From the human T2T-CHM13v2.0 reference genome, Homo sapiens: a stretch of 64,000 nucleotides of DNA. The notes under the pieces were generated by a model, which saw nothing but the letters and a program-made list of their open reading frames with translations, was not told the DNA's origin and did not search any database. Each line of letters opens with the position of its first letter. Position 1 is the first letter of the stretch. A program made the translations under genes and the position numbers. Positions 26,621 through 41,189 of the stretch are shown in pieces. The DNA lies in NCBI RefSeq assembly GCF_009914755.1, contig NC_060928.1. One strand, written 5' to 3'.

Positions 26621-28269
26621 TGGATAGCATCTGATGACAAATAAATAAATAGGTCTATGTGTGTGCAATCGGAGTCCAGGTGGCAGGTGACTGGAGGGAA
26701 AGTGGAGAGAAAACTCGTCATCATCACGTTTCCTGATGTGCGTAAAAAATTCAGGGTAATAAACCAGGTCATATAAGCAATTTTAACTTTGAAATAGCCA
26801 ATAATAAAAAGAAAAATATTTGTCAAAACAGGTTTTGTTCTTTGCCAATTCTAAGATATTAGCAGGAAGAAATAGCCTAAAACATTTTTCTAGAGATAGT
26901 ATACCCATAGAGTATTCTGTTTGTCTTATTAGGGGTTAAATTTGTTTGTCAGGGAGTTTATATATTTAGAACTATTCTTTTGGCCTTTTAAGCACTACTC
27001 TGACAATATTTGCTTCTCAAAGCAAAAAAATCTCAGTGTCTTCTTTTGCCTCTTGCCTAAAAACTCAGCAATTAATTCATTTTAGGATGAATTATTCTTG
27101 AAAGAAATGATAATTCCAAAGTTAGCTGGGGACATTTTGCCCCTTAAAATATAGATAAAATTGACATAATTCCTCCTTTCCAGAGAACACTGAAAGGGCA
27201 AGGCCATCTCTAAGATTTCTGAAAATTCCTTTGGTTATATATTCTCATATTCCCTCCACTCCTCATTCTGTCTCCACTAAATGACTTCATTCAGGATCGT
27301 TTCACTGTTGTGCCCTTTGCTTTTGAGGTTCCTGCTGACCCAAACATGGAGCTCAGCACTTTTCTTTCATCTACGCCCAAACTCTTTTCAATATATGTGT
27401 GTGTAGAAGATCTTATTGAAGGCTGAGTATACCGCTACAGCAATTAAAAAGCTAAAGGTTCTATCCTAGGCATTCCTCTGGAAGTCTCCTGTTTGATTTT
27501 CTATCCCAGGCTAATGTTACATGGCTTGTGTTCCTGTGGTAATACTGTGTGGCTTTCCTCTCCTCCTGCTCACACCCTTCCATCTCTCTGACTTCCAATT
27601 CTTTATTTTAAGTCAAAGCATGTTGATTGTCTAATATGTTAAGCATTTGATGAAAAATTGGCTATTTTACCTAATTTACAAAAAGAGATTACAAAGTAAA
27701 CATAAGACATGCAAAAGAAAGACGGAAGGTGTGTGTGTGCATGGGGGGCAGGTGTGAGGGGTGGGGAGAGAGAGAGAGAGAGAGAGAGATTATTATGATT
27801 GGCAAAGATAAAAACAGTAGAAGGCATCCAGTATTAGTATGGAAACCAAATCAAAAACAAATCCAGAAATTTTTTTAAACGTTGAAGGCTGCATATGAGA
27901 ATAAGAAAAATACTCATTAAAATTTTATTTTTGACTATTTAACTTCAAATATTCAACTCGGTTGATTAAAAAAAATAGAATTACATCATTGAATTGATCT
28001 AATCAACCAGTTTTCCCTAGCGTGATGCTCACAAAGTCTTATTACCCAATTCAGTTATCTGTTTCAAAGATGAGTTGGCAAAGAGGATAATCCAGGTAGT
28101 AATAGCAAACTTCTTACCAACTAACCTAGTCGGCTTAGGTGAAAGAAGCATTTTCTTCAATTATCCAGAGAATGATCTTTTCCATTTTCTTGCATGGGTA
28201 TGCAGAGTTTGAAGAATTTTGACTTTTAGATAGATTTTATAAAGTGACTCTTTAAGTAAACTTATATAC

Positions 28270-28490
28270 CGTGTAGTCAAGTGTTAACTCGTGGACAGAA
28301 CTGAGAGCCAGAACTTGCTTCAAATCTCAGCTCGGACACCTATAAGCTGAGCTGTGAAGCAAGCTGTTTATGTAAACCTGTTTCTTCTTCTGTAACATGA
28401 GGATAATAAACATAGCTATACCCCACAGAATTGTGAAAATAAACAGGTAATGCATGAAAACCCCTCAGCAGAGTAGCTGGAACTTATTTT
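28270..28490 (+). mobile_element. MIR
   Basis: CAAATCTCAGCTC..CTGTTTCTTCTTCTGTAACATGAGGATAATAA. Confidence 0.65.
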
Positions 28491-30184
28491 AACTATTTTT
28501 TTAAATTGCCCCATTTATGTACGCCACAGCTGAACTCAAGAAAAACAATGATCACTGAATTTGTACTATGAATGTCCCCAGAAATATAACTTAATAAACT
28601 ACTTAAATACCAGTCTTTGAAATTATGTCAACAGAGACTAAATTCAAATATTTAGGCATTTATTCTATTTTTAAAAGGCATAAATACTCACAGTGTTATA
28701 ATCATTTCTCCATTTATTTTTCTTTTTATTCAAAATGACTAGCTAGCTTATATGCATATTTTAAAGTATCTGAATAGCTCAGGAAAAACAAAATTTGCAT
28801 AACAAACCAAATTGTGCACCTTTAAAAGCAACTGTACAAAAAATATTTATCAGAAAAAAGTTTATTTAAATGCACTAAAAGTTCTTTGGCTTATTGGATA
28901 TTAAAAATTTTATTTTTGAAAATACAATTAATTTACCATTATGTATAAGAAATGAAGCGTATCTTTTGTTCCAAATTTTATGCATACTTTTAACATATAT
29001 AAAAAGAATTAGCTGCTTTTAATTCTTAGAGGTACAATGTTTGAATAAATGTTTGTTACACTGGCAACTGAAGACGTTTAGAGATTTTGTATGTATAAAA
29101 TTTAGAGAAATTATAGATCAAAGTTAAGTGAATGATCAAACTTTTAAAATGAACAAATAAAAGTAGGTCAAGGATGAATGGAACAAAATGTGTTAGAAAA
29201 GTATTACCACCAGATCCCTAGATAATATATGAATGTAGGATATATTTGATTGTATAATTCTAAACATAAATTACATTAAATTATCTTAATCATTTATCTT
29301 CCTAGAATTTTGCAGGCAATTTAAAAATATCGAATTATTTACACTATGCTCCCTAAAGCAGAGATAAATTAATGGTCAAACTTTGGGAAACTAATTTTGT
29401 TCTGAGGCTGATGATCTCATATAAATAATAGTTTATAAGTGTATCAGTTTAGAGAGTTTGCCTTTGTAATCTATTAAAGAACACATTTTAGATAAATGTA
29501 AATGGAGATTATGGTTGCATATTATTAAGTTTCCTGACAAACACTAAGAATCTATGATAAAAATCATTTCCAGTGAATTCAAATATTATTTCCTTGAAGA
29601 ACTGAATCCTTATGATAAAATTAGCACCTCCTCTTTCTCTTCCTCCCTCTCTTTTCTCTTCCTCCCTCTTTTTTCTTTTCTACCTTTCTTTTCCTATTTT
29701 ATGTCTCCTTCCAAAAAGATTCAAGTCATTTGCTCTATACTAAATGCTCTTGGAAAAAGTGAACTTTTGCTATCCATTGTGTTAGACAGCCATTATTTGC
29801 TAAAGCAATTGGAAGGATTTTATATGCAAATAATTGATAAACACTGGTTTACCCCATCAATGGAAAAAAAAATCAAAACTGTTGTTCAAATAAATGAATT
29901 TTATTGTAATTATTAGCGTTCTTGTTTGCTAATAATGCTAATTGATGTGAAGTCACTCAATTCCTCACTACAATGAAATACTGAAGAAATAAAATGTCCT
30001 GGGAAGATGTGTCTGCATAAATATTATAAAGGAGGGGGAAAGAACAGGTTGGGGCATTAGAGCAAAGCCTAGGTTCTCACCTTGACCGTGGTGTTCTCTC
30101 ACTGAATGACCTTGAGCAACTCACCTACCTTGCCTGGGCTCCAGGTTCATGATCTGTTAAGTATGGAGGTAGGAATTCATTTTC

Positions 30185-30571
30185 TTTTATTATTATTATT
30201 ATTATTATTATTATACTTTAAGTTTTAGGGTACATGTGCACAACGTGCAGGTTTGTTACATATGTATACATGTGCCATGCTGGTGTGCTGCACCCATTAA
30301 CTCGTCATTTAGCATTAGGTATATCTCCTAATGCTATACCTCCCCGCTCCCCCAACCCCACAACAGTCCCCAGAGTGTGATGTTCCCCTTCCTGTGTCCA
30401 TGTGTTCTCATTGTTCAATTCCCACCTATGAGTGAGAACATGCGGTGTTTGGTTTTTTGTCCCTGTGGTAGTTTACTGAGAATGATGATTTCCAATTTCA
30501 TCCATGTCCCTACAAAGGACATGAACTCATCATTTTTTATGGCTGCATAGTATTCCATGGTGTATATGTGC
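30185..30571 (-). mobile_element. 5'-truncated L1PA (L1PA3-like) 3' end, next to a MIR at about 30050-30180
   Basis: Canonical reverse L1PA 3' UTR with (ATT)n tail; CATTTTC repeated on both flanks. Confidence 0.92.
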
Positions 30572-31689
30572 ATTTTCAAGCTGTAAAGATGTCATACAGA
30601 GGCAGCCTAACTACTGAAAGGAGGCTTCACTCTGGCATGTGAAACCTCAAGTAACTCACTGGGCTATTTCCTGTAAGAACTGCTAACGAGGAGCCAAAGT
30701 GTCTCAACGAGTTCCACCTCAAAACTCTGTTCTTGCAGGCTCTTATCTTCACACATTCATGAAAGGCACTAGGCTAAAGGAAGAGATTCAGGGAAGCAGA
30801 AAATGAGAAAATGGCGGCACAAGGAGCATGGTTAACCTGTCAACCGAATAACTTACTGTTGGACAATTGGAAATGTGCTATCCACTGCAGCTAATTGCAT
30901 TCTAATTGGTTGTAGTTAGAAATTTTTTACTTAAAAAAAAAATTTCCAAGTTGATTTATAAGAACTGTGTATTAGGACCTATGCCTTATGTATTTTTTGT
31001 TTTAAAATCCATTGTATGTAAGGATTATTTGGGGATAATTTTTTCTTATTTATTTGTATTACATTAATTCGTTTGCAATACATTAATTCATTAAATCTTC
31101 TCAGAGGTAGCATGAGACCTTTTGTGTGTTTGCGAAAATACATTTTTTTTGTGTAATGGCACGTAAGTAAATTAAAAATTAGTAACACAAACCAAATGGA
31201 AAAGTACATCAAATGCAGGATTTGTGATTTCAGAGCATACACTTAGGAATCTATGTTTTGTTATTTAACGAGTATTAAAACATAAATTACAAGTACATTG
31301 TGGTTTCAGAATAACACTGTATTTGACTTGATGACATAGCGATCTGTTCACATAACAGCATATAGTGCAGTGCTTGACATGTAGTTGGTGAATGAATGAA
31401 TGATTGAAAAAATGAATGAATGATAGGAAGTCCATTTATATCAGAGTCATCCTAGTAGCTAAATTAATGACTGACTATAAAATGTCAAATTCCCCATTAC
31501 AGTGCAATGATTACCAACCATTTTACCACCACAGATCCTGAGATTTGAAAAGTTTTGTCTACTAAACATGATATATTTATTTGATAGCAATTTCTTTTTC
31601 TCATTTTTAATAAAAGTGACATGGAATAATAGTACTGACAGAATTGATCACACAATAGCTTCATATTTCTCCTATTAGGGTAACAGTAC

Positions 31690-32090
31690 AGTGTGGTTAA
31701 GGACATGGATTTGCAGCAAAGAGCATGGGCTCTTAACCGGATTGCCTTGGTTAGAACCCCAGTTCATTAGCTGTGTGGACTTACACATAAGTTCTTACAA
31801 ACTGCTCTGTATCTCAATTTCCTCATTCTAAGAGGAGGATAATACGTGTGCCAAATTCATGATTTTTTTAATGAATCCATGAAAAGCACCTAGAACAGGG
31901 CCTAGGACATAGTAAGCACTCAAAAAATGTTGGTGATTCCACGCTATGAGTGCTAACATGGATTATTCCCAAAGCTCACTGGAGCACCATGAAGTCAGGA
32001 TTGTGCCCAAATTACAGATGAGAAAACAGACCTACTGAGATTAAAATTGCTTAATGTAACAGATTGGCTCAAGTCTAGAGCTAAATCTTG
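31690..32090. mobile_element. Two MIR fragments (+ then -)
   Basis: GTGTGGTTAAGG..TCTCAATTTCCTCAT..ACATAGTAAGCACTCAA; TTACAGATGAGAAAACAG. Confidence 0.7.
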
Positions 32091-33224
32091 CTCCTTTTCT
32101 CTTTCTCTCCCTCTCTTCTTCCTTTTTCCCTTCTCTTCTCTTTTCTCTCTAACAGAAATCTTGATCTGCAAGAGATAAGCGGTGTTGCCACATTACATTA
32201 ATACAATCCCAGGCAGAATCAATGCTTGACATTTCAATTAGCTTGTGCAACTTTATTGAAAGTGAACTTATGATTTCTGTTTAACTCTTGGAAATACTGA
32301 AAATGGCTGAAAGAGCTCCATTTCTTTCAGAATAGGAGCAGTGATATAAGGGAGCCTCCAGTTGGCTCTTTCATAATCCTTAACACTTCAATTTGTGGTA
32401 AGTCATTTAAATGTTGCCATAAATAGGATTTAAAGGGGGGGCGGAAAGTATTGTCTATTTTTTAAATGGCAAATGCTTGATTTTATGCTTTTTCACGTAT
32501 TAAGAAAACAGATATTTTCAGAAGTTAATACAAATGACTTGCAATACAACGATCAGAAATTTTTTGCCAGTGATGACTCATTTCATAAAAACCCAGAACA
32601 TTTATTCTTTCTGTTCCTGTTTCAGAAGAAATAGCGTAAGCACCATGGCCACTGCTAGTCCTAACATTAACACTGAAGTTTATAATCCATGTTTTGCCTT
32701 TTCTGGCTGTGGCTGTTAGTATCTGGCTGGAGGGGCTCCAGGGCCACACACAGACGGCGTTCATGTATGACAGTGTCTTTTACGGAGTGGGGTAAAGAGG
32801 GCCACACTCTGAAAAACAGAGAGGTGGGAGAGAGGGAGGGAAGCCACAGAACACCCCCATGACCCCAGCCACCCACGGAACTGGGAGAGGGAGAGTCACC
32901 GCTTGGCTGAAGGCTGAGGAAAGCAGAGACGGAATAATGGATGACTATGAAATTAAAATAGGGTGACTTGAATAAGACATATACGACTTTTTTTTTTTTT
33001 TTTTTAAACAGTGGAACCTACTTCTTCATGTCTCTAACTTTCCTGAGTGGGAGTTTATCAACCCTGTCCTTACAACTCACTACTTGTTCCGGGATATAGG
33101 AAAACACCCTTTACCTTGAGGCCCTTCCCAATCTATCCAAGTCCACTGTCGAAATTCCTTACCCACCACCCTCCTGCCAGGAGACACTGTGATGCCCATT
33201 TCCCCAGGACCCTTCCTTCTGGAC

Positions 33225-33640
33225 TGCTTTCTCTCCTACTGCTGTCTCTCGACCCCGCTCCATCTCCCTCCCCATCCTCCTCCCTCCCCCTCCTTCTCCT
33301 CCTTCAATGAGCTTGTGCAACTTTATTGAAAGTTCTCCCCTCCCACTCTGCCTCCTTCTCCCCTCCCCAGTCCTCTCCACTTTCCATCTCCCACCCCTCG
33401 CCTTCCTCCCGCCTCCTTCTCCTCCCCACTCCCTCTCCTTCTCTCCTCCTTCTCCCTCCCCCCTTCCCCTCCTTCTCCTCCCTCTCCCTCCTCTTCGTTC
33501 CCCCTTCTTCCCCCTCCCGCTCCTCTCCCTCCCTCTCCTTCTCCCCCTCCTCCTCCCTCCCCTTCTTTTCCCTCCCTCTTCTCCCTTCCTCCCCCGACTC
33601 CTTCTCTCCTCCCTTCTTTCTCCCCTCCCCATCACCGCTC
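33225..33640. repeat. C/T-rich low-complexity (polypyrimidine) tract
   Basis: Almost exclusively C/T on the + strand, interrupted at 33303-33333. Confidence 0.95.
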
Positions 33641-33949
33641 TTTTTGGTGTGTTGCTCACTTTCTCCTCAGTTTGTCCAAACACTTTCAGTTTTCACTTTC
33701 AGGAAGTGTTGAGGTCCACACCCAACTCAGGCTCTCCATCCCTGAGGGGAAGCACGTGGCTGTCCCCTTTCGGTGGATTTCAAGCATCCCTGGCGCAGGT
33801 GCAGCGGCCTTGCCCTGGGCTCACCAGCAGCCTTTGGGGTCCCAGTTGGCAGGCAGCCCTGTTCCCTGGGGGTCCCTGCCGGAGCTGCTGGTCCCTGGAG
33901 CTACCCCGTGAGTACTTTTCTGTCTTGGAATAGGATGTTCAAGTGCACA

Positions 33950-34250
33950 GGTCACGGGTAAGGACGGAGGCATAGATTAATCCGGCCCCTCACTGCCCCG
34001 AGGAACCCAGGATCTGGCACGGTCCTCGGCATGCTCATGCTGCAGTGAATGAGCGAGTGAGAGTGAACTGACAGGCGCTGGGAGGAAGAGGCTGAAGCAC
34101 GCTTCACTTGCCCGCAGTTTTGTGAGGGCGGGGTCTGTAGGCCGGAAAGGAATTCTTCACCCCGGAAGTGAATGCTTGTCGCATGCATTAAATAGCCTGA
34201 TTTGGCTGTCCCTTTCCCCACCGGTTTTGCTGCAGTCATTCTTTGGCGAT
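33950..34250. promoter_or_regulatory. Candidate CpG-retaining promoter/enhancer
   Basis: Locally dense CpGs; GC box GGGCGGGG at 34126-34133; ETS/GABPA consensus CCGGAAGTG at 34162-34170 plus CCGGAA at 34142. Confidence 0.45.
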
Positions 34251-34278
34251 AAAAATTTTAGAAATGTGTTTTCTGAAA

Positions 34279-36148
<1,870 letters not shown>

Positions 36149-36439
36149 TTAGGGTCTGTGGAGTAAATGTACCACATGAAACTACTAAATAAATCAAAAT
36201 GGTAACACAGCTTTATGGAGTATTTTTATGGTGATCAGTTCATTTTGTCCAAGTTATATATGAGTTTGGAGGTGGATCTGTAAACTCCCCCCTCCAACTT
36301 TTTTCAGAAAAAGAATTTTTTCCTTATAGAAGTAGTACATGTTCATGGTAAAATCAAACAAAGAAACGAGAATAAATCGAATGAGACAGAGGAAGAGAGA
36401 TGAAAAGTAAAATTCCTCTTCCAGCCTCATTCCCCAGAG

Positions 36440-36648
36440 CAGCAGTTCTCAACTGGGGAGGATTTTGCCTCCTAGGGGATGTTTGGCAATGTCTGGAGAT
36501 ATCTGGTCATCTGTGGGGAACCGCCGCTACTGCATCTAGTGAATGGCCCAGGGTTGCTGCAGAATAGCCCACCACGCACAGGACAATCTTCCACAGCAAA
36601 GCATTATCCGGACCAGAGTGATCATAGTGCCTCTACTGCAGACCCCTG
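36440..36648 (+). mobile_element. MER20 (hAT) relic
   Basis: CAGCAGTTCTCAACTGGGG..GATTTTGCC..TTTGGCAATGTCTGGAGA..GCACAGGACA. Confidence 0.8.
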
Positions 36649-36852
36649 GCCCAAAGTGACTACGATGGTTTCTGGAAGACCAGAAACTTTAAAATATGTA
36701 TGTGTAGTTTTTCCACTTTTTTTTTTTTTTTGCACACAAATGGACTTTTTATCCTCTGTAATTGGAAATGGGCTTTTTTTTTTCACTTAATGTTTCAATG
36801 TCTTGGTTATTTTTTGGTTATTTTTTACATATTGATGCATACAATTTACTTA

Positions 36853-37011
36853 ATTATTATTATTATTTTAGAGACAGGGTCTTGCTTTGTGACCCAGGAT
36901 GGAGTGCTCCTAGCTCACTGCGGCCTCAAACTCCTGGCCTCAAGTAGTCCTTCCCCTCGTCTCAGCTTCCCAAAGTGTTGAGATTACAGGCGTGAGCCAC
37001 TGTGCCTGGCC
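36853..37011 (-). mobile_element. Alu monomer (FLAM-like)
   Basis: (ATT)n then GAGACAGGGTCTTGC..GTGAGCCACTGTGCCTGGCC. Confidence 0.85.
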
Positions 37012-38916
37012 ACAGCCTAATCGTTTTTAACTGTTAATTAGTTTTCAGTTGGCTCATATATCATAACATACGTAGCCTTCAAAGATAGCTAATTTTGTTG
37101 TCTCTAACTTCTCATTGTGATAACCAAGCCTGCTGGGAAGGGGTTACTGAAAGAGAAACTGCACAAAGGGCTGGATTCTTCCTTGGCACTTTTGTTTTTG
37201 TTGCTTTACTTTTGCTCAAAATCTGACTGAGAGGCTAAATTCACAATGGGAGGTCGATTCTGTTTCTTTCTTACAAATCCCAGTTCCCTCTTGATTGTAT
37301 CACTCAGGAGCCTGGGAATAGGAGGGAGGAGCGCCGGTTTTCTGTGCTGTGCCACTGTGGACTGTATCCTGCAGACATTTCTAATGCCGAGCTCACTAGC
37401 CAGGAAGTCATGTCAGCTGTGGAAATGTTCGGCTTAGGAGCTCACCATATCTGAATCGAATCCAAAACTTTTTAAGGACCTGGATTAAGTAAACTATGCT
37501 AGGGATTCAGGCTGTCCCTTAGCTTAATAAAGAATGGACCACTTCAAAGCCAACCCTTCATTGTCTAAGTTTTTTTCCTTTTTTCCCCTCTGTGTGAGTT
37601 CAGTCTGTTGACATCTTTTGCTGTTTTTCTATGTCGACTTTCATTTTGGGTTGGAAAAGTGAGGCTCATGCATTTTATACGGCAGTTATCAGAAGTACAT
37701 CTGATTCAAAACCACACAGTGTTGCTATTGATTGTATAGCGATGTTGGCATGGATCATTTAAGGTAAATGTTATTTTCATGACCCCAAAGAGGAGGCTGT
37801 CACAGAGAAATATTATGTAATAATTTCCACCTTGCAAGAATGCAATGACCCCAAGAATAACACATTTTAATTCTTAAACTATGTGGAATTATCTATTTCA
37901 GCTCACTTCAAGCAGCATGGAATTTAGTTTTATTTCAAATTAGTGTCTGCTACTTGTGTGAAAACCTGTCAAAGTTTATAGCCTGGGAAACTGCTTTAAA
38001 GTAAAAATGAATGCTTTAAGTCTCAACATTCCTTTGTTAAAATGTAAAAATGCAATGGGAAAACTGCTTTCTATTGCTCATTCTTTTAAATATTTGGAGC
38101 TCTCTCATTATGCCTTGACCTGTTACAGCAGGCAGCACCCTCCACATAAACAACTTCCTCCTTTTTCCACAGAGATAAAAATGAGTCATGCTGGTCACCA
38201 CTCTTGTAAGGCCTCCCATGTAGACAGGGTTATTTTTAATGCCCCTCGTGGAACCTGTGGAGTCTCGTGGATGGTGGTGATGAGCGGGCCAAGAGTGGCT
38301 GCCTCCCTGATGTCCCTGCCATGTGTCCCACACAGGCTGTGGCATGGGAGACAAAAGGCCACGCTGAAGTCCACAGGGCTCTAAGGCAGCCCCTGCCTCC
38401 TCCGCCTGTGATTTGCTAGTGACTGTGAGTCATTCACTCATTTCTTCCATCTGATAAAGCTAGTGGACATGAAGGGGAAATGGCAAAGTTTTCTTATCAT
38501 CTTAGGAGCCAGAAGCCAAGTCTACTTTCAACTGCTTCTCTGTTAAGTCCTCCGTCAGGGAGCACTTCTGAGGGCTCAGCGTTTGGAAGAGAAAGTGCCC
38601 GATTGTGTAGACACCACAGCAAAGGGGGAAGAAGGGAGTTAACACAAGGAAAACCTGTTAGAGAAGAGCAGGAATGTGTTAGATGTTTTTCTCACCTGTC
38701 ACGCTCTATTTCCTTACCTTTGAACAATTTCATGTGTTATACCTCATGGCAGACCTTAAAAGGCAGGTTGTTCAGTGATGTCTAAGAAAGAACTATGTTT
38801 TTAAAATTCCTTTCCCTGGGGATTAAAAGTTTAGGAAGATTCTCAACTCAAGACACACCAAAAGCTCATTCGACCACATCCCCACCCCCCTACCTCCCCA
38901 CCATGTCTTTTGTACA

Positions 38917-39216
38917 TTTTTTTTTTTCCTTTTAGAGACAGGATGTCACTCTGCTGCCTAGGCTGGAGTATAGTGGTGGGATCATAGCTCACTGCAAGCT
39001 CGACCTCCTGGATTCAAGTGAACTTACTGCCTTGACCTCCCAAGTAGCTGGGACTACAGGCGTGCACCACCATGCTCGGCTAATTTTTAAAATGTTTATG
39101 GAGATGGGGTCTTGCTCTGTTGCTCAGGCTTGTCTCAAACTCCTGGCCTCAGATGATCCTCCTGCTTTTGGGTCCCAAAGTGCTGGGATTGCAGATGTGG
39201 CCCACCACGCCCAGCC
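38917..39216 (-). mobile_element. AluJ
   Basis: Reverse dimeric Alu with J-type diagnostics (GATCATAGCTCACTG). Confidence 0.9.
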
Positions 39217-40753
39217 TGAACATCGTCTTTCTTAGGTGACTTCCTCCACATAGTTATTTGTGAATTGTAATATTGTGTGGCAATATTATCCAAAAAGTAT
39301 TTGTTTTTATTGTATTTTGCAATCCCTAGGACATATTAAATAGCTCAAGTGATGGGATGTTCTTCTTAAAATTCGATCTCATAGTCTAAAATGGTGACTT
39401 GCACATGAGTTAGCCTCATTAAGTCCTGGACGAATGGCAAATGCTATAATTTCCTGTCTCACTTCTGGATATCACAGTGTCATCTTAAAAAAAAAAAAAA
39501 AAAAAGGACAATCTCTTCATTCTCCACTTGAGTGCTAAGGGAACTGAGTTCTTAACAAAACAAACAGAAAATCATTTCTTTGTGCAATTCAGGCCTTTTA
39601 AGTTTACATGCCTAGAGAGTTGTGTAAAAATAGTGCAGGGCTGAATCTTCCAGTGAAGTTATTTTTTCTAACGGAACAATTTCTGAAAATTGGGACTGAA
39701 ATTATAGTTTGCACATTGTAATGCACTGAACTTCCCTTCTACTTTCCTCTAAATAGCATTGTACTGTATCCAATTGCAGGGATGGGATAAAATTACCACG
39801 GAAGATTTCAGAGTCTCATTCTTAAACCAAAATGTTGCCCATTACACGTGGAAACTCTGAATGGGGAAGGGTCAGAAACAAAGGTGACATTAGATGAGTG
39901 AATGCTCTGTGGGTTGTGACTTTTACTAATGGAAAGGAACAAATTTTCCATTTTGTATATGTGTATACATTGGAAATACGTATACATATGCTATTACATG
40001 CATGTATATAAATCTACTTATTGTTTAAGTTGACCTGCATATGTTTTAATTTTGCTGCTAAAAGCTGTGTCATAAGGATATATTCCTACAACCCTTTTAA
40101 AATTAAAAGCTATTCAGCCAAAGGGAACTTAAAAAGAAATTACTTTTTTTTTTTGCCAGAAGCAGATCAAAATTTCCATTGTCAGGAACCAGTTATGATT
40201 TATAAACATAATTACCAGTGATGTCCTGGGAAGAGAACCTAGGGGAAATGAAATTTGTCTTATTTTTTTAAATGGCCCGCAATTTATTATCCACTCCCTG
40301 AAACTATTAGCAACTTGTTTTTCCTTAATGTGCAAATGTCCCCATGCCCCAAATTTCTCCATAACAATTTCTCCCTGATGCTAATTCTAAGATTTCACAT
40401 ATCTTCTTGCCTATTTGCTGAAAGGAGCTGGTGTGAGTATATGCTGTCTCTCTGAATGCCACAGATCTCTCATACTTGGCTCACATTTTGTGTGCTTTCA
40501 TAACAATCTACCTGTTGGTATTCCTCACCTCTAGATGTACTGATATGGTTATATACACACTTTTCAAAGTTAACATCGCCAATTGTTAATGGGCCAGCCT
40601 GCCCTCAGGGGCTTCCTGGTCAGATGCCCATCCTTCAGTGGCATTTCTGCCAGAAGAGCGCATATTCTGAATATAATTAGGAAGGAACTTCAGACAGACC
40701 CAATCTGAGGGACATTCTACAAAATACCTGGCCTTTACTCTTAAAAAATAACA

Positions 40754-41189
40754 GCGGCATTATTCACAATAGCAAAGACTTGGAACCAACCCAAATGTCC
40801 AACAATGATAGACTGGATTAAGAAAATGTGGCACATATACACCATGGAATACTATGCAGCCATAAAAAATGATGAGTTCATGTCCTTTTTGGGACATGGA
40901 TGAAATTGGAAATCATCATTCTCAGTAAGAATAAAAAACCAAACACTGCATATTCTCACTCATAGGTGGGAATTGAACAATGAGATCACATGGACACAGG
41001 AAGGGGAATATCACACTCTGGGGACTGTTGTGAGGTGGGGGGAGGGGGGAGGGATAGCATTGGGAGATATACCTAATGCTAGATGATGAGTTAGTGGGTG
41101 CAGCGCACCAGCATGGCACATGTATACATATGTAACTAACCTGCACAATGTGCACATGTACCCTAAAACTTAAAGTATAATAAAAAAAA
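40754..41189 (+). mobile_element. 5'-truncated L1PA2-type insertion
   Basis: GAGATCACATGG, GGGAGATATACCTAATGCTAGATGA-GAG-TTAGTGGGTGCAGCGCACC; TSD AAAATAACAGCG on both sides. Confidence 0.9.

Noticed and set aside
32636-32656. REST/NRSE-like motif GTAAGCACCATGGCCACTGCT
   Set aside because: Mismatches fall in the critical TCAGC and GGACAG positions.
33159-33933. Pro/Leu/Ser-rich and Gly/Arg/Glu-rich ORFs of 128-208 aa
   Set aside because: They are translations of the C/T low-complexity tract, which is inherently stop-poor.
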